Shown here: piece after piece, positions 20,502 to 31,412 of the stretch
How the letters are laid out: each line of letters starts with the position of its first letter
How positions within the stretch are numbered: position 1 is the stretch's first letter
Source: Nitrospirota bacterium
GTDB lineage: Bacteria; Nitrospirota; UBA9217
Direction of reading: 5' to 3'
Assembly (NCBI GenBank): GCA_963749655.1
Contig: CAVVOB010000016.1
Coordinates: 96,001 to 160,000 of the forward strand
DNA length: 64,000 nt
Position numbers and translations under genes: made by a program
Notes under the pieces: generated by a model
What the model was told of the DNA's origin: nothing
Databases searched by the model: none
The model's input: only the letters and a program-made list of their open reading frames with translations

Positions 20502-21206
20502 ATGACTTCGATCAGCGCACAAGCCAAACGGATACTGGTCATCGACGACGAACCCGACCTCGTCGAGCTTCTCTCGTACAACCTCGGGAAGGCCGGGTTC
20601 AGGGTCAGGACGGTCCCGGACGGCGAAGAGGCCCTCCAGGCGATCAAGTCCGAAACCTTCGACCTCATCATCCTCGACCTCATGCTTCCCGGCCTCCAGG
20701 GAAACGAGATCTGCCGCATCCTGAAAAGGAATCCGAAAACCGCCGCCCTTCCCATCATCATGGTGACCGCAAAGGGCGAGTTGGCGGACAGGATCGAGGG
20801 TCTGGAAACAGGCGCCGATGATTACCTGACCAAGCCTTTCAGCCCCCGGGAGCTCATTGCGCGCATTAGGGCGGTCCTGAGAAGAACAACGGATAAGACG
20901 CCTTCCGGTGCGGTCCTCCGGATCGGTTCGCTCTCCATTGACCGGGAGCGTTACAGCGTTACCAAGGGCGAAACGCCGGTCCAACTGAGCGCCACGGAAT
21001 ACCAGCTGCTCCTCTATCTCGTCGAACACCGCGGCAAGGTCTTCAGCCGCGACCAGCTTCTCGACGCTGTCTGGCATGATGAATCCTTCGTGGAACCGAG
21101 GACCGTCGATGTTCATATCCGAAGGCTCCGCGCCAGGATCGAGGACGATCCTTCCGAGCCGGCCTATATCAAGACCAGGAGGGGCGTGGGCTACTATGTC
21201 GAATGA
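20502..21206 (+). CDS. phoB: OmpR-family response regulator PhoB
   Basis: ILVIDDE, ILDLMLPG, GLETGADDYLTKPFSPRELIAR, EPRTVDVHIRRLR, TRRGVGY; next to phoR and pst. Confidence 0.9.
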   Translation: MTSISAQAKRILVIDDEPDLVELLSYNLGKAGFRVRTVPDGEEALQAIKSETFDLIILDLMLPGLQGNEICRILKRNPKTAALPIIMVTAKGELADRIEGLETGADDYLTKPFSPRELIARIRAVLRRTTDKTPSGAVLRIGSLSIDRERYSVTKGETPVQLSATEYQLLLYLVEHRGKVFSRDQLLDAVWHDESFVEPRTVDVHIRRLRARIEDDPSEPAYIKTRRGVGYYVE

Positions 21207-22959
21207 TTCAGGAAAAAAGCGCGGTCTCTTCCGTCGAATCTTCTTCCTCTACGGCTTCATCCTGGTCCTCGCCGTTGTCACGGTGGAACTTTACATAACC
21301 AACGCCGTAAAAGAAAACACTATCGAGGGCCTTGTGCAGAACCTGGCAGTCCAGGCGAGATTGATTTCCGGCGCCATCCCCTTCGCCGCCTCTTCCCCCC
21401 TCGACGAAGCATGCCGCAAATTCAAGGAAACGACGAACGCGCGGGTGACCGTCATCTCCCTCGAAGGAAAGGTGCTCGGCGACTCGGACACCGACTCCCG
21501 TCTCATGGACAACCATGCCCACCGTCAGGAGGTCCAGCAGGCCGCGCTCTACGGGACCGGCGATTCCATCCGCTTCAGCGATACGCTGAAATATGATCTT
21601 CTGTACGTTGCCGAACGAATCATGAGAGGAGACCAACCCGCGGGCTACGTTCGGCTGAGCGTGCCCCTCAGGTCCGTCGACCATGCTGTAAACCTGATCA
21701 GGCTGAAGATCATCGCCATGGTCGTCGCGGCGCTGCTCGCGGCAGGCGCCTTTTCCCTCTGGCAGCTCGACCGGCTGCGCAGACTGACCGTGCAGATCCG
21801 CGATTTCTCCCGCGATCCTGGCCCGCGGGGAGTTCGGCAGGAAGCTCTATCTCGAAGGGGCCAGCGAGTTCGACGAGATCGCCGAAAGCCTGAATGCAAT
21901 GTCCGGGGACCTGAAAAGGAGCATCGCCGCGAGCGAGGAGGAGAAACACCGGCTGAATGTGATCCTCCAGAGCATCCCCGATTCGCTGTTCATCCTCGAC
22001 GCGGGAGGCGCCATCGCGCTCTCCAGCCTCGCGTCCAGAAAAACCTTCGGCGAGGCCGCCCTCGCGGGGAGGCCCTTTATCGAGGTGGTCCGGAATACGC
22101 GAGTTTCTGTCGCTCATGGACGAGGTGCGGCATGTCCGCCAGGCCCGCGTGGCCGAAGCTCCGGATAGACTCGCCGCCTGGAGCACCACTACGTTGTCCA
22201 CCTGTCCCCTCTTTCCTACAGCGAGCGCGAGCTGTCGGGCTTCGTGGCTGTTTTCCATGACATTACGCAGCTCAAGAAGCTGGAACAGGCGAGAAAGGAT
22301 TTCGTCGCGAACATCTCCCATGAGATCAAGACGCCGATCACGGCCATCATGGGATTTGCCGAGACCCTGCTCGAAGGCGCGCTCGACGACCGGCCCCATG
22401 CCGAAAAATTCCTGGAGACCATCAGGCTGAACAGTGAACGGATCAACAGCCTGGTGGACGACCTCATGACGATATCGAAAATCGAGCTGGGCGTTATCAA
22501 GGTCGAGAAGGCACCGCTGATCGCACGGCAGGTGCTGCAGCAGGTCGTCGACACGCTCGGCAAGAAGGCTTCGATAAAGAGCCTGGCCCTTTCACTGGAC
22601 CTCCAGGCGGGCCCCGTTGAGATCGAGGCGGACAGGGACCGCCTGCTCCAGATCGTGACCAACCTCGTGGACAACGCGATCAAGTTCACGGAACAGGGCA
22701 GCGTCACCATCGGCATGTCGACCGAAGGCGGCAGGCCCCTGCTTGTATGTGGAGGACACCGGCATCGGCATTGCCCGGAAGCACCTGCCGCGCATCGGGG
22801 AGCGGTTCTACCGTGTCGACCCCGGCCGGTCACGGAACATGGGGGGAACGGGGCTCGGGCCTCGCGATCGCAAAACATCTCGTCAAGGCCCATGGATGGG
22901 AAATGGAGATCGAAAGCACCCAGGGCAAAGGGACGAAGGTCAAGATCTTTATGGGCTGA
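21196..22959 (+). CDS. phoR: Phosphate regulon sensor kinase PhoR (several frameshifts)
   Basis: [17 protein letters not shown]...[17 protein letters not shown] (ILQSIPDSL), [31 protein letters not shown]...ERFYRVD...[14 protein letters not shown]. Confidence 0.9.
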
Positions 22960-23019
22960 GAACAGGTCAGAGAGATCTGCCTGTCCTTGTCATTTGAACT
23001 GCACGAATACAACCGCGCT

Positions 23020-23589
23020 TTACACCCACCTTACTTTCGGCTCTTTCTTCGGCGGTCGTGGGGTCTCGCCCCGGGGATAGCCGAGCAGAATGGGGCCGAA
23101 GATCGACTCATCATCCTTCAGTTCAAGCAGTTTCCTTGCTTCCCCGTCTTCGAGCACCATGGCTCCGAAACCGACCCAGCAGCTGCCGAGCCCCAGCGAA
23201 TGGGCCGCGAGCATCATGTTCTCGCACGCCAGGGGGCAGGAGTGCGCCGCATACCGGCCGCTGCCGATGACGAACACGATCGCGGGGGCCGAATAGTACA
23301 CCGGGTCCGGCAGCTCGGTCTGTCGCTTCTTGATGGATTCATACCGCTCAGGGTCCACGTCCTTGATTGACTCGAGGATCTTCCTTGCCTGGGGCAGGGC
23401 CGCGCTGATCAGCTTTCTCTTCGCCTCATTGTCCTCGACCACGACGAATCGCCAGGGCTGGCTGTTCATGGCCGAAGGGGCTTCGTTTCCCGCATCGATC
23501 ACGGCCTTAAGGACTTCCCGGGGGACCGGCTTCGCCTCGTATGCCCGTATTGACCGCCTCTTCCTGATTACTTCAATCACCTCGTTCAA
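23020..23589 (-). CDS. Nitroreductase family protein
   Basis: IRKRRSIRAYE, APSAMNSQPWRFVVV, ENMMLAAHSLGLGSCWVG, LGYP. Confidence 0.92.
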   Translation of the reverse strand: MNEVIEVIRKRRSIRAYEAKPVPREVLKAVIDAGNEAPSAMNSQPWRFVVVEDNEAKRKLISAALPQARKILESIKDVDPERYESIKKRQTELPDPVYYSAPAIVFVIGSGRYAAHSCPLACENMMLAAHSLGLGSCWVGFGAMVLEDGEARKLLELKDDESIFGPILLGYPRGETPRPPKKEPKVRWV

Positions 23590-23666
23590 GGGTTCCTCCT
23601 TAAAATTTCCATGATGACATCTCCCCGGACTATATCATAAAATCGCGGTCTCGTGCAGGACCTGCC

Positions 23667-23710
23667 CTGTCACACAATTTTCACCGGCTTGTAATATTCC
23701 TGTAACAATC
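23667..23710 (+). promoter_or_regulatory. Pho box: four tandem 11-bp units
   Basis: ctgtcacacaa|ttttcaccggc|ttgtaatattc|ctgtaacaatc matches the CTGTCAT-N4 11-bp PhoB repeat, directly upstream of pstS. Confidence 0.85.
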
Positions 23711-23758
23711 CTCCTGTATAAAGAAACCATGATAAAATCAAAGGAGGAATCAATAACT

Positions 23759-24775
23759 ATGATAAAGACGACAGTAACAATCCTCATCGGCTTTGCGGTC
23801 CTGCTGTCAGGGACCGTACATGCTGCGGACATGCTGAACGGCGCAGGAGCCACGTTCCCGGACCCCCTCTACTCCGCTTGGGCGTACGAATACAGCAAGG
23901 TCTCGGGCATACAGCTCAATTACCAGTCCGTCGGATCCGGCGGCGGACAGCGTCAGATCGCGGAGCGCACCGTTGATTTCGGCGCTTCCGACGACCCGCT
24001 CTCTTCCGACAAGCTGGCCAAGGACAACCTCATCCAGTTCCCCACCGTGGTCGGCGGCATCACGCCGGTCGTCAATATCCCGGGGACCCGGACAGGCGGA
24101 GCTCAGGCTTGACGCAGCGACCCACTGCGGGATCTTCCTGGGCGAGATCAAGTTCTGGGACGACAGCCGGATCAAAGGCGCTGAACCCCAAGACTGAACG
24201 CTGCCGCACAAGGACATCACCGTGGTGCACCGCTCTGACGGCTCGGGCACGACCGCCATCTTTACCCACTATCTCGCCGAAACCTGCTCTGCCTGGAAGG
24301 ACAAGGTGGGAGAAGGGAAATCAGTGTCCTGGCCCATAGGCATCGGCGGCAAGGGCAACGAAGGTGTGGCCAACTATGTGAAGCAGACGCCCTACTCAAT
24401 CGGATACGTTGAATACGCCTACGCAAAGCAGAACAACCTTGTGTCCGTCACCATGAAGAACGCGGCCGGGAACTTCGTCGAGCCTTCGCTCAAGACCTTC
24501 TCGAACGCGGCGGAGACCGGTTATTTTGACCCGAAGAAGGACTTCGCAGGTCTGGCTCACCAACTCTCCGGGAAAAACCTCGTGGCCCATCGCAGGAGCG
24601 ACCTTCATTCTCCTGGCCCGGGACAAGAAGGATCCCAGCGTGAAGACGGTCAAATTCTTCGATTGGGCGTTCAAGAACGGCGACGCCACTGCCAGGAACC
24701 TGGTCTACATTCCCCTGCCGAAGCCGTTAAAGGACAAGGTCAGGGCTTACTGGAAGAGCGAAGGGAGTTTACTAA
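23759..24775 (+). CDS. pstS: Phosphate ABC transporter substrate-binding protein (frameshifted)
   Basis: [74 protein letters not shown]. End approximate. Confidence 0.93.
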
Positions 24776-24801
24776 AAGATAAAGAGCAGAAAAGATATTT
24801 T

Positions 24802-24876
24802 CCGCGAAGCCGCAAAGGACGTCAGGAAAGACTCAAATCTTTGCGACTCCTTCGCGACCTTTCGCGTCTTTGCGAC
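24802..24876. repeat. Intergenic palindromic element (cgcgaag/cttcgcg units)
   Basis: ccgcgaagccgcaaaggacg ... ctttgcgactccttcgcgacctttcgcgtctttgcg between pstS and pstC. Confidence 0.7.
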
Positions 24877-24985
24877 TCAAGGATGTCTATTCAGGCTTGT
24901 ACGGGCTAATAGATACAAGAAGTGTTTCGTTTGTTCAAGCGGCAGCTTTGGGACGGCAATAGAAACAGACTGAGGACCAGACTCC

Positions 24986-25931
24986 GTGGCGATATACTCC
25001 CAAAAGAAACATCCTTGACCGGACCTTTTCGGCGGTCACGGCCCTGGCATCGCTCTCGATCCTGTTCATCATCATCGGGATCTTCTGGGTGCTCGCCTAT
25101 GGAATCGTGGCTCGCCATCAGCAGGTTCGGCGTTGCCAATTTCCTCTTGTCAACGGAGTGGAACCCGGTCAAGGAGATCTTCGGCGCGGCAACGAACATT
25201 TACGGGACCTTCGTCACGACCGTCCTTGCCCTCGTCTTTGCCGTGCCCACGGCGATCGGCATCGCCGTCTTTGTCACGGAAGTGGCGCCGAACTTTCTCA
25301 AGGGACCCATCGGCATCGCCATCGAGCTGCTGGCCGCGATCCCGAGCATCATCTACGGCATGTGGGGCCTGTTCACCCTTGCGCCGCTCATGAGCAAATA
25401 CATCGAACCGGCGCTCCAGAACACGGTCGGCAAGCTTCCGGTGCTAAGCATTCCTGTTCCGGGGCACGCCGCTCGGCATCGACATCCTGACGGCGAGCGT
25501 GATCCTCTCGATCATGATCATCCCCTTCACGGCGAGCATCGCGCGGGACTCCTTCAATCTCACGCCGTCGGTGGTCAAGGAGTCCGCCTATGCAGTCGGC
25601 GCGACGCAGTGGGAGGTCGTCAAGAACGTCGTATTCCCCTATTCCAAGCTCGGCGTGTTCGGCGGCGTGGTGCTGTCGCTCGGCAGGGCGCTCGGCGAGA
25701 CCATGGCCGTGGCCTTTGTGCTCGGGAACAGCCACAGGATCGCGACATCGTTCTTCGACGCAGCAGCGACGATCACGGTCACCCTGGCGAACGAGTTCAC
25801 GGAAGCGGACAGCGACATCTATCTTTCATCGCTTTTCTATCTGGCGCTGGTCCTGTTCGCCCTGAGTTTCATTACCCTGGCGATGGCGAAACTCTTTTTG
25901 ATCAGGGCGGAGAGGAAGTATTCAGAGGTAA
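24986..25931 (+). CDS. pstC: Phosphate ABC transporter permease PstC (frameshifted; ends approximate)
   Basis: EWNPVKEIFGA, IELLAAIPSIIYGMWG, IMIIPF, KESAYAVGATQWE, LGRALGETMAV, LANEFTEA. Confidence 0.92.
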
Positions 25932-25936
25932 AAGAA

Positions 25937-26045
25937 TTGCGGATCTCGAGAATGCGGAATGCCGGAAATTTCGGAATACGAAGAGCGGACTCAACTGTGC
26001 TCTGCGTCTCAGCGGTTAAAGATCGCGCTGTACAGTCCGCAATTT
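25937..26045. repeat. Degenerate intergenic repeat arms (gcggaat and ctctgcg families)
   Basis: ttgcggatctcgagaatgcggaatgccggaaatttcggaat ... ctctgcgtctcagcggttaa ... tccgcaattt between pstC and pstA. Confidence 0.55.
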
Positions 26046-26054
26046 GATACAGCT

Positions 26055-26901
26055 ATGACACACGAACAAAAAACGAAAAATTGAAAGTTTCGCACGCCCT
26101 GACCCTGAGCAGCCTCGCTGCCCTGGCGGGCCTGTTCTGGCTCGTCTTCATCCTGGGCGATGTGCTGGTCCACGGGATCGGCGCGCTCAACCTCGGACTC
26201 TTCTTCAACGATCCCGTGCCCGCCGGCATGGATGGCGGAGGGCTCAGGAACGCCTTTCTCGGCCAGTTGATGATCACGATCTGCGCAACGCTGATCGGCG
26301 TTCCCGTCGGCGTCCTCGGCGGGACCTTCCTCGCCGAGTACGCGCGGCGGACGCGGTATGCGCGCGTGATCAGCGTCCTGGCCGACATCATCGTGAGCGT
26401 GCCCTCCATCGTCATCGGCACATTCATCTATGCCCTGCTGGTCCGGCCCTTCGGTCACTTCAGCGGGTGGGCCGGTGCGATCGCCCTTTCTCTGATCATG
26501 ATACCGGTCGTGCTCAGGACGACCGAAGACATGCTGTCCATGGTGCCCTGGACGCTGCGGGAGGCCGCCTTTGCCCTCGGCGCGCCGTACTACAAGGTGA
26601 TCGTCCAGGTCGTCTACCGCGGGGCGGCGACAGGCATCCTGACCGGCGTCCTGCTGTCCATCGCCCGCGTCGCCGGCGAGACCGCTCCCCTGCATGTTCA
26701 CGTCCTTCAACAACAACTTCTTTTCCTGGGACATGAACCGGCCCATCGCGTCGCTGACCGTCACGATCTTTCAGTACGCCATGGGCCCCTACGACAGCTG
26801 GCACCAGCAGGCGTGGGCCGCGGCGTTCGTGGTCACGCTGTTCATCCTCGGCGCTGACGCTCACGGGCAGGCTCATCCTTAAGTGGAGGTACAAGCGTTG
26901 A
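26055..26901 (+). CDS. pstA: Phosphate ABC transporter permease PstA (frameshifted)
   Basis: GGGLRNAFLG, FLAEY, VPSIVIGTF, LREAAFALGAP, IARVAGETAPL, IFQYAMGPYDSWHQQAWAAA. Confidence 0.92.
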
Positions 26902-27664
26902 CGCAGCAAGTCGAATTCGAGGTCAAAAACCTTGATTTCTATCTACAACGGGAACATACAGGCGCTGCAGGAGATCATCCTACCGATCTACAAGTACGAC
27001 GTCACCGCGCTGATCGGGCCGTCGGGCTGCGGCAAGACCACGCTCCTGCGGTGTTTCAACCGCATGCACGACCTGTATCCGAAGCACCGGTACGACGGCG
27101 AGATCATCTTTCAGGGCAACAACATCCTGGCCGACGACGTGGACCTCATCAACCTCCGGAGCCGCATCGGCATGGTTTTCCAGAAGCCGACGCCCTTTCC
27201 CATGTCCATTGCCGAGAACATCGCCTACGGCCTGCGGCTCAAGGGGATCAGGAACAAATCGGAGCTCACCGACCGGATCGAACAGGCGCTCAAGCACGCG
27301 GCGCTCTGGGAGGAAGTAAGGGACAAGATGAACGCGAGCGCCTACGACCTGTCGGGAGGACAGCAGCAGCGGCTCGTGATCGCGCGCGCCCTGGCCGTGG
27401 AGCCGGAGGTGCTGCTCTTCGACGAGCCGACGTCGGCCCTGGACCCCATCTCCACGGCCAAGATCGAGGAGCTGGTCGTGATCTCTGAAGAAGGACGTCA
27501 CGATCATCATCGTGACGCACAACATGCAGCAGGCCGCCCGCGTGTCGGACATGACGGGGTTCCTGTACATGGGCGAGCTCATCGAATACGACACTACGGA
27601 GAAGATTTTCACGAACCCGGACAAGAAGCAGACCGACGATTATATTACGGGAAGGTTCGGGTAG
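26898..27664 (+). CDS. pstB: Phosphate ABC transporter ATPase PstB (frameshifted)
   Basis: [83 protein letters not shown]-stop. Confidence 0.95.
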
Positions 27665-27669
27665 AAATA

Positions 27670-27777
27670 CAGGGTCAAGGGGCAAGGGTCAGGGGTCAAG
27701 GGAAAACGAAAAGATCCTCAGTCACGGTTCCCTGCCCCCTTTGCTGCTTGCTACTGGACCCTTGACCCTGGACCCCG
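27670..27777. repeat. Intergenic palindromic element (gggtcaa/ttgaccc 7-mers)
   Basis: agggtcaaggggcaagggtcaggggtcaaggg ... cttgctactggacccttgaccctggaccc between pstB and phoU. Confidence 0.8.
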
Positions 27778-27797
27778 CAGTCCCCCAAGGAGACCCT

Positions 27798-28485
27798 ATG
27801 GCTAATCAGAAAGAACAGGACCTCGAAAAGATCAAGGAGCACATCCTGAAGATGGGCGCTTTCGTCGAGGAAGCGATCCAGAAATCGATCAGGGCGCTGG
27901 TCGAGCGCGACCGGGACCTCGCCATCCAGGTGATCGACGGCGACGCCATCGTGAACAACTTCGACGTCGAGATCGAGGAGGAATGCATCCGGTTCCTCGC
28001 CATCTGGAAGCCTTCGGGCAGCAACCTCCGCTTCGTCACCACGGCGATCAAGATCATCACGGACCTTGAGCGCATGGGCGACCTGGCCGTGGACATCTGC
28101 GAACGCTCCATGGAGCTGCTCGACGAACCGCCGCTCAAGCCCTACATCGACATACCCGCGCATGGCCGAGGCTGCGCAGAAGATGCTGAAGGACAGCCTC
28201 GACGCCTTTGTTGCCCGGGATGCCGACCGGGCGCTTACCGTGTGCGAGGCGGACGACTTCGTCGACAATCTGAACCAGCAGATCTTCAACGAGCTGCTCC
28301 TGTACATGCTCAAAGACCCGAAAAACATATCCCGGGCCGTGCGGCTGTCGTATATCACGAAATACCTGGAGCGCGTCGCAGACCACGCGACCAATATAGC
28401 GGAAATGGTCGTCTACCTTGTAAGGGGAAAGGTCATCAGGCACATGGCGTGCGAAGCAATGAGGCAGGACGCGCCCAAACGGTGA
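27798..28485 (+). CDS. phoU: Phosphate signalling protein PhoU (one frameshift near 28157)
   Basis: ILKMGAFVEE, IEEECIRFLA, LRFV..AIKIITDLERMGD, LERVADHATNIAEMVVYLVRG. Confidence 0.95.
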
Positions 28486-28522
28486 CGCGAAGGAATATGG
28501 CCAAAAGGCTGTGATCCGGCTT

Positions 28523-29420
28523 CTAGAATTTCCAGGTCAATGCCGCGCCGGTAACGCCGGAGTCATCGATCAGGGGCGTGAAGCTCACGGTGTCCCGGCC
28601 GCCCTTGCGGTGATAAGCGACGATCGATTTGCCGGTGAAATATCCGATCGCGGCGCCCACGAACACATCGGAGGCCCAGTGGGCATTGTGCTGCATACGG
28701 TCGTAGCCGGTGATGGCCGCAATGGTGTAGGCGAGCGGTGGGACGACGTAGTTGTCGTATTCCGATGCAATGACCGAGGCCACGGCAAAAGCCGACGAGG
28801 AATGTCCCGAGGGAAACGAATCGTTTGACGAGGACAGGCTCGGACCGCCCCAGGTGTTATAGGGGTCCCCGGTGTAAGGCCGGTGCCTGCCTGCCGTCCG
28901 CTTGATTACCTGAACGAAAACGCCGGTAAGGGCGAAGCTCTCCACGCTGAGCAGCGCAGTCTCGACCGCCTTACCGTCATCGCTGAAATATCCGTAGCCG
29001 TACAATCCTCCCACGATCGCCACGGTCAGATAGCCGCTTCCGACCACGGTGACATTCTTGCCGATATCGTTGCTCGTCTTGGTCCTGTTGTCCTGCACCC
29101 ATTTCTGGATCTTGGTGTCATTCTCGTACAGACCCACCGACGCCGCAGTCACCACGGTCGCCGCGATCCAGTCGGTTTTGTCCCACCGGGCCGGAGAGGT
29201 CATGATGTTCCCGAGATCGGTGAAGTATCCCTTGAAATAATCACCGTCCAGTTTCACGGTCTTCGCAGGAGCGGTTTCCTGGACAGGCTGCGGCGTCTGC
29301 GCGGCCTGCTCCGCCTGCGGTGGTGCGGCTTCATTGGCCGGATCGGCAAAGGCGGGAAGAGAACTGGACAGGATCAAAGAAAGGGACGAGGAATGCGGCC
29401 GGGAAAAAACGCTTGGTCAA
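28523..29420 (-). CDS. Exported PAP2 family phosphatase (frameshift within signal peptide)
   Basis: KRTAGRHRP, SFPSGHSS, DRM.HNAHWASDV motifs; probable TTG start at 29420 after aaggag (MTKRFFPAAFLVP...). Confidence 0.88.
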
Positions 29421-29678
29421 AGAAACTCTCCTTAGTGATGAATCGGGATGAGAACAATATCTCGCGGAAAGTTGCAAAGGCGCGAAGTAAGTCCGAACGC
29501 TAAACCAGTTCTGCCATGCACGGGCTGATTCAATCATGGATCGGGGCAAAATACGAATGCATCGTTCGGGCTGGTTCAATCTTATAGATTGAACCCAAAC
29601 TTGTATGCACAGTTCGCGCAAATTTTAAACGCACCTGCGCGAGTTCATTGCGTTTCACGACTTATCGCGAGGCAGATT

Positions 29679-31133
29679 TTACTTCTTCCCGCCGAAGGAC
29701 CGGCACCACACGAAATCATACGAGTCCACCTTGCCGCCGTGCAGCATGATGTCCATGTGACCGGCGTTTTGCACTGCCCGGCAGTTCAACTCTTTGGCGA
29801 CATCGACGCTGTAGGAGTTGCTGTTCAGAAAGAGAATGTCCCTCCCGAGAGGTGATTCGGTCGCCCAGAGTGAATACCGTTCCTGACCGCCTCCGATCAC
29901 GAAGACCGTGCTGCCGTAAGGCAGATCGTAGTAGATCGTACGGCTCGCCTCGGTCCAGTTGGACACTGCAAGGGCCTTGGAGGTCGAAGGGTCGCGCGCC
30001 AGGATATCGTTGGCCCGCTTAAGCACCTCTTTCATGCCGTAGATGTTGCGGAAAGGCGACTTGTAGTCGGGAAACCGGAAGGCTTTGATCCCCAGCTCCG
30101 CCTGGAGAAGAAGGGCTACGATCAGGCTGAAACCGATTGAACCGAGGAGCATTGCTTTTTTCAAGCGCGTGGGCTCCTCGTTCAGGAACACGACGCCGAG
30201 CGGAATGAACAGTGTATAGAAGACCGCGGACCAGTGCGGCAGCGCCAGTTTCAGAAGCGACGCATAGAGGAAGAACAGCAGGATCGAGCACCCGATGAGC
30301 GTGGACAGGAGCATCACGTCGCCGCGGTTCCTTACAGCCTTGTAGAGTCCGTAAAATGCCAGACAGAACAACGGCGGGCTGTAGGCCCCGAATTGCGCAC
30401 CCAGGCCTTTCAGCAGCTCCCCGAACCTCAGCGCCTGTCCGCCGACAATATGGCCGCTCTGGAACCGGAAGCTGATAAAGTCATGCTGTACGTTCCAGTA
30501 GATCACCGGCGAGATGACGACCAGGGCGACGCCGGCGGTGAGCAGCAGCCTCGGGTTGAACAGGATGTTAAAGCGCTTTTTGATCAGCCAGTAGAGCACG
30601 ATCGCGGGCACGAACAGCACAGCTGTATATTTGGCAAGACCGGCAAGGCCCAGCAGCAGCCCCAGGAGCGCAAAGGTCGCGGCGGCGGGGTCCCGGTCGA
30701 GTTTTCTGACGCAATAGATGAGGCCGAACACCAGGGGAAGAAGCAGCGTCTCCGGAAGCAGCATCAGCCCCAGCCCGCTCAGCAAAAAAGAGCCGTTCAG
30801 CGCGGCGGTTGCATAGAGCGCGGATTTTTCTCCTCCCAGGGACAGGGTAAAACGGTAGCAGAGAAATGAGGTCACGGCGAAGAGGATGATTGCCGGAAGC
30901 CGGACCAGGAACTCGTTCGTTCCGAGCGTATAGAAGAACAGCGCGTGGGTCCAGCCCACCAGGGGCGGATGGTCGAAATAGCTGAAATCGAGGAACCGGG
31001 CGTAGAGGACATAGTGCGCCTCGTCGGTGCCGAGGCCGAAGGTGGCGGCAATGGCGAGCCGAACAAGGGTGAAAGCGGCGATGAGCCAGAGTGCCGCGCG
31101 GTTCTCATTGTAGAGACGAAGAAGTGAGGTCAT
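29679..31133 (-). CDS. GT39/ArnT-like (PMT_2) membrane glycosyltransferase
   Basis: LGTDEAHY...YFDHPPLVGW, EFLVRLP, GLAGLAKYTA, PVIYWNVQHDFISFRFQ, PHW. Confidence 0.9.
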   Translation of the reverse strand: MTSLLRLYNENRAALWLIAAFTLVRLAIAATFGLGTDEAHYVLYARFLDFSYFDHPPLVGWTHALFFYTLGTNEFLVRLPAIILFAVTSFLCYRFTLSLGGEKSALYATAALNGSFLLSGLGLMLLPETLLLPLVFGLIYCVRKLDRDPAAATFALLGLLLGLAGLAKYTAVLFVPAIVLYWLIKKRFNILFNPRLLLTAGVALVVISPVIYWNVQHDFISFRFQSGHIVGGQALRFGELLKGLGAQFGAYSPPLFCLAFYGLYKAVRNRGDVMLLSTLIGCSILLFFLYASLLKLALPHWSAVFYTLFIPLGVVFLNEEPTRLKKAMLLGSIGFSLIVALLLQAELGIKAFRFPDYKSPFRNIYGMKEVLKRANDILARDPSTSKALAVSNWTEASRTIYYDLPYGSTVFVIGGGQERYSLWATESPLGRDILFLNSNSYSVDVAKELNCRAVQNAGHMDIMLHGGKVDSYDFVWCRSFGGKK

Positions 31134-31412
31134 AGGTTTATCGGACAGGGAGGAATTATATACTAAGGAAAAGGCGAAAAACAAGCGATATTATTTATTG
31201 TTTTCGGAGAAAACCTGATTTTTTTGTTGTTTTCTCAGGAATGCCGACATTCCTGACCCTAGGGTTCATACTGATAGACAACAGATACGTTCGGCAGCAT
31301 TGACGACATTTATGTGGAACGACAGGCCCATCTATGCTATAGTGCCTCCGTTTCCGCGCGGCTGTTTACGGTTTTTCTGTTATACCATCGAAAGAAAACA
31401 AAACCTGATCCT

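Noticed and set aside
1945-28485. gatA, gatB, pcrA, secretin and pst genes as true pseudogenes
   Set aside because: The lesions I traced are single-base indels, catalytic motifs are intact and some genes are essential; sequencing error is more parsimonious.
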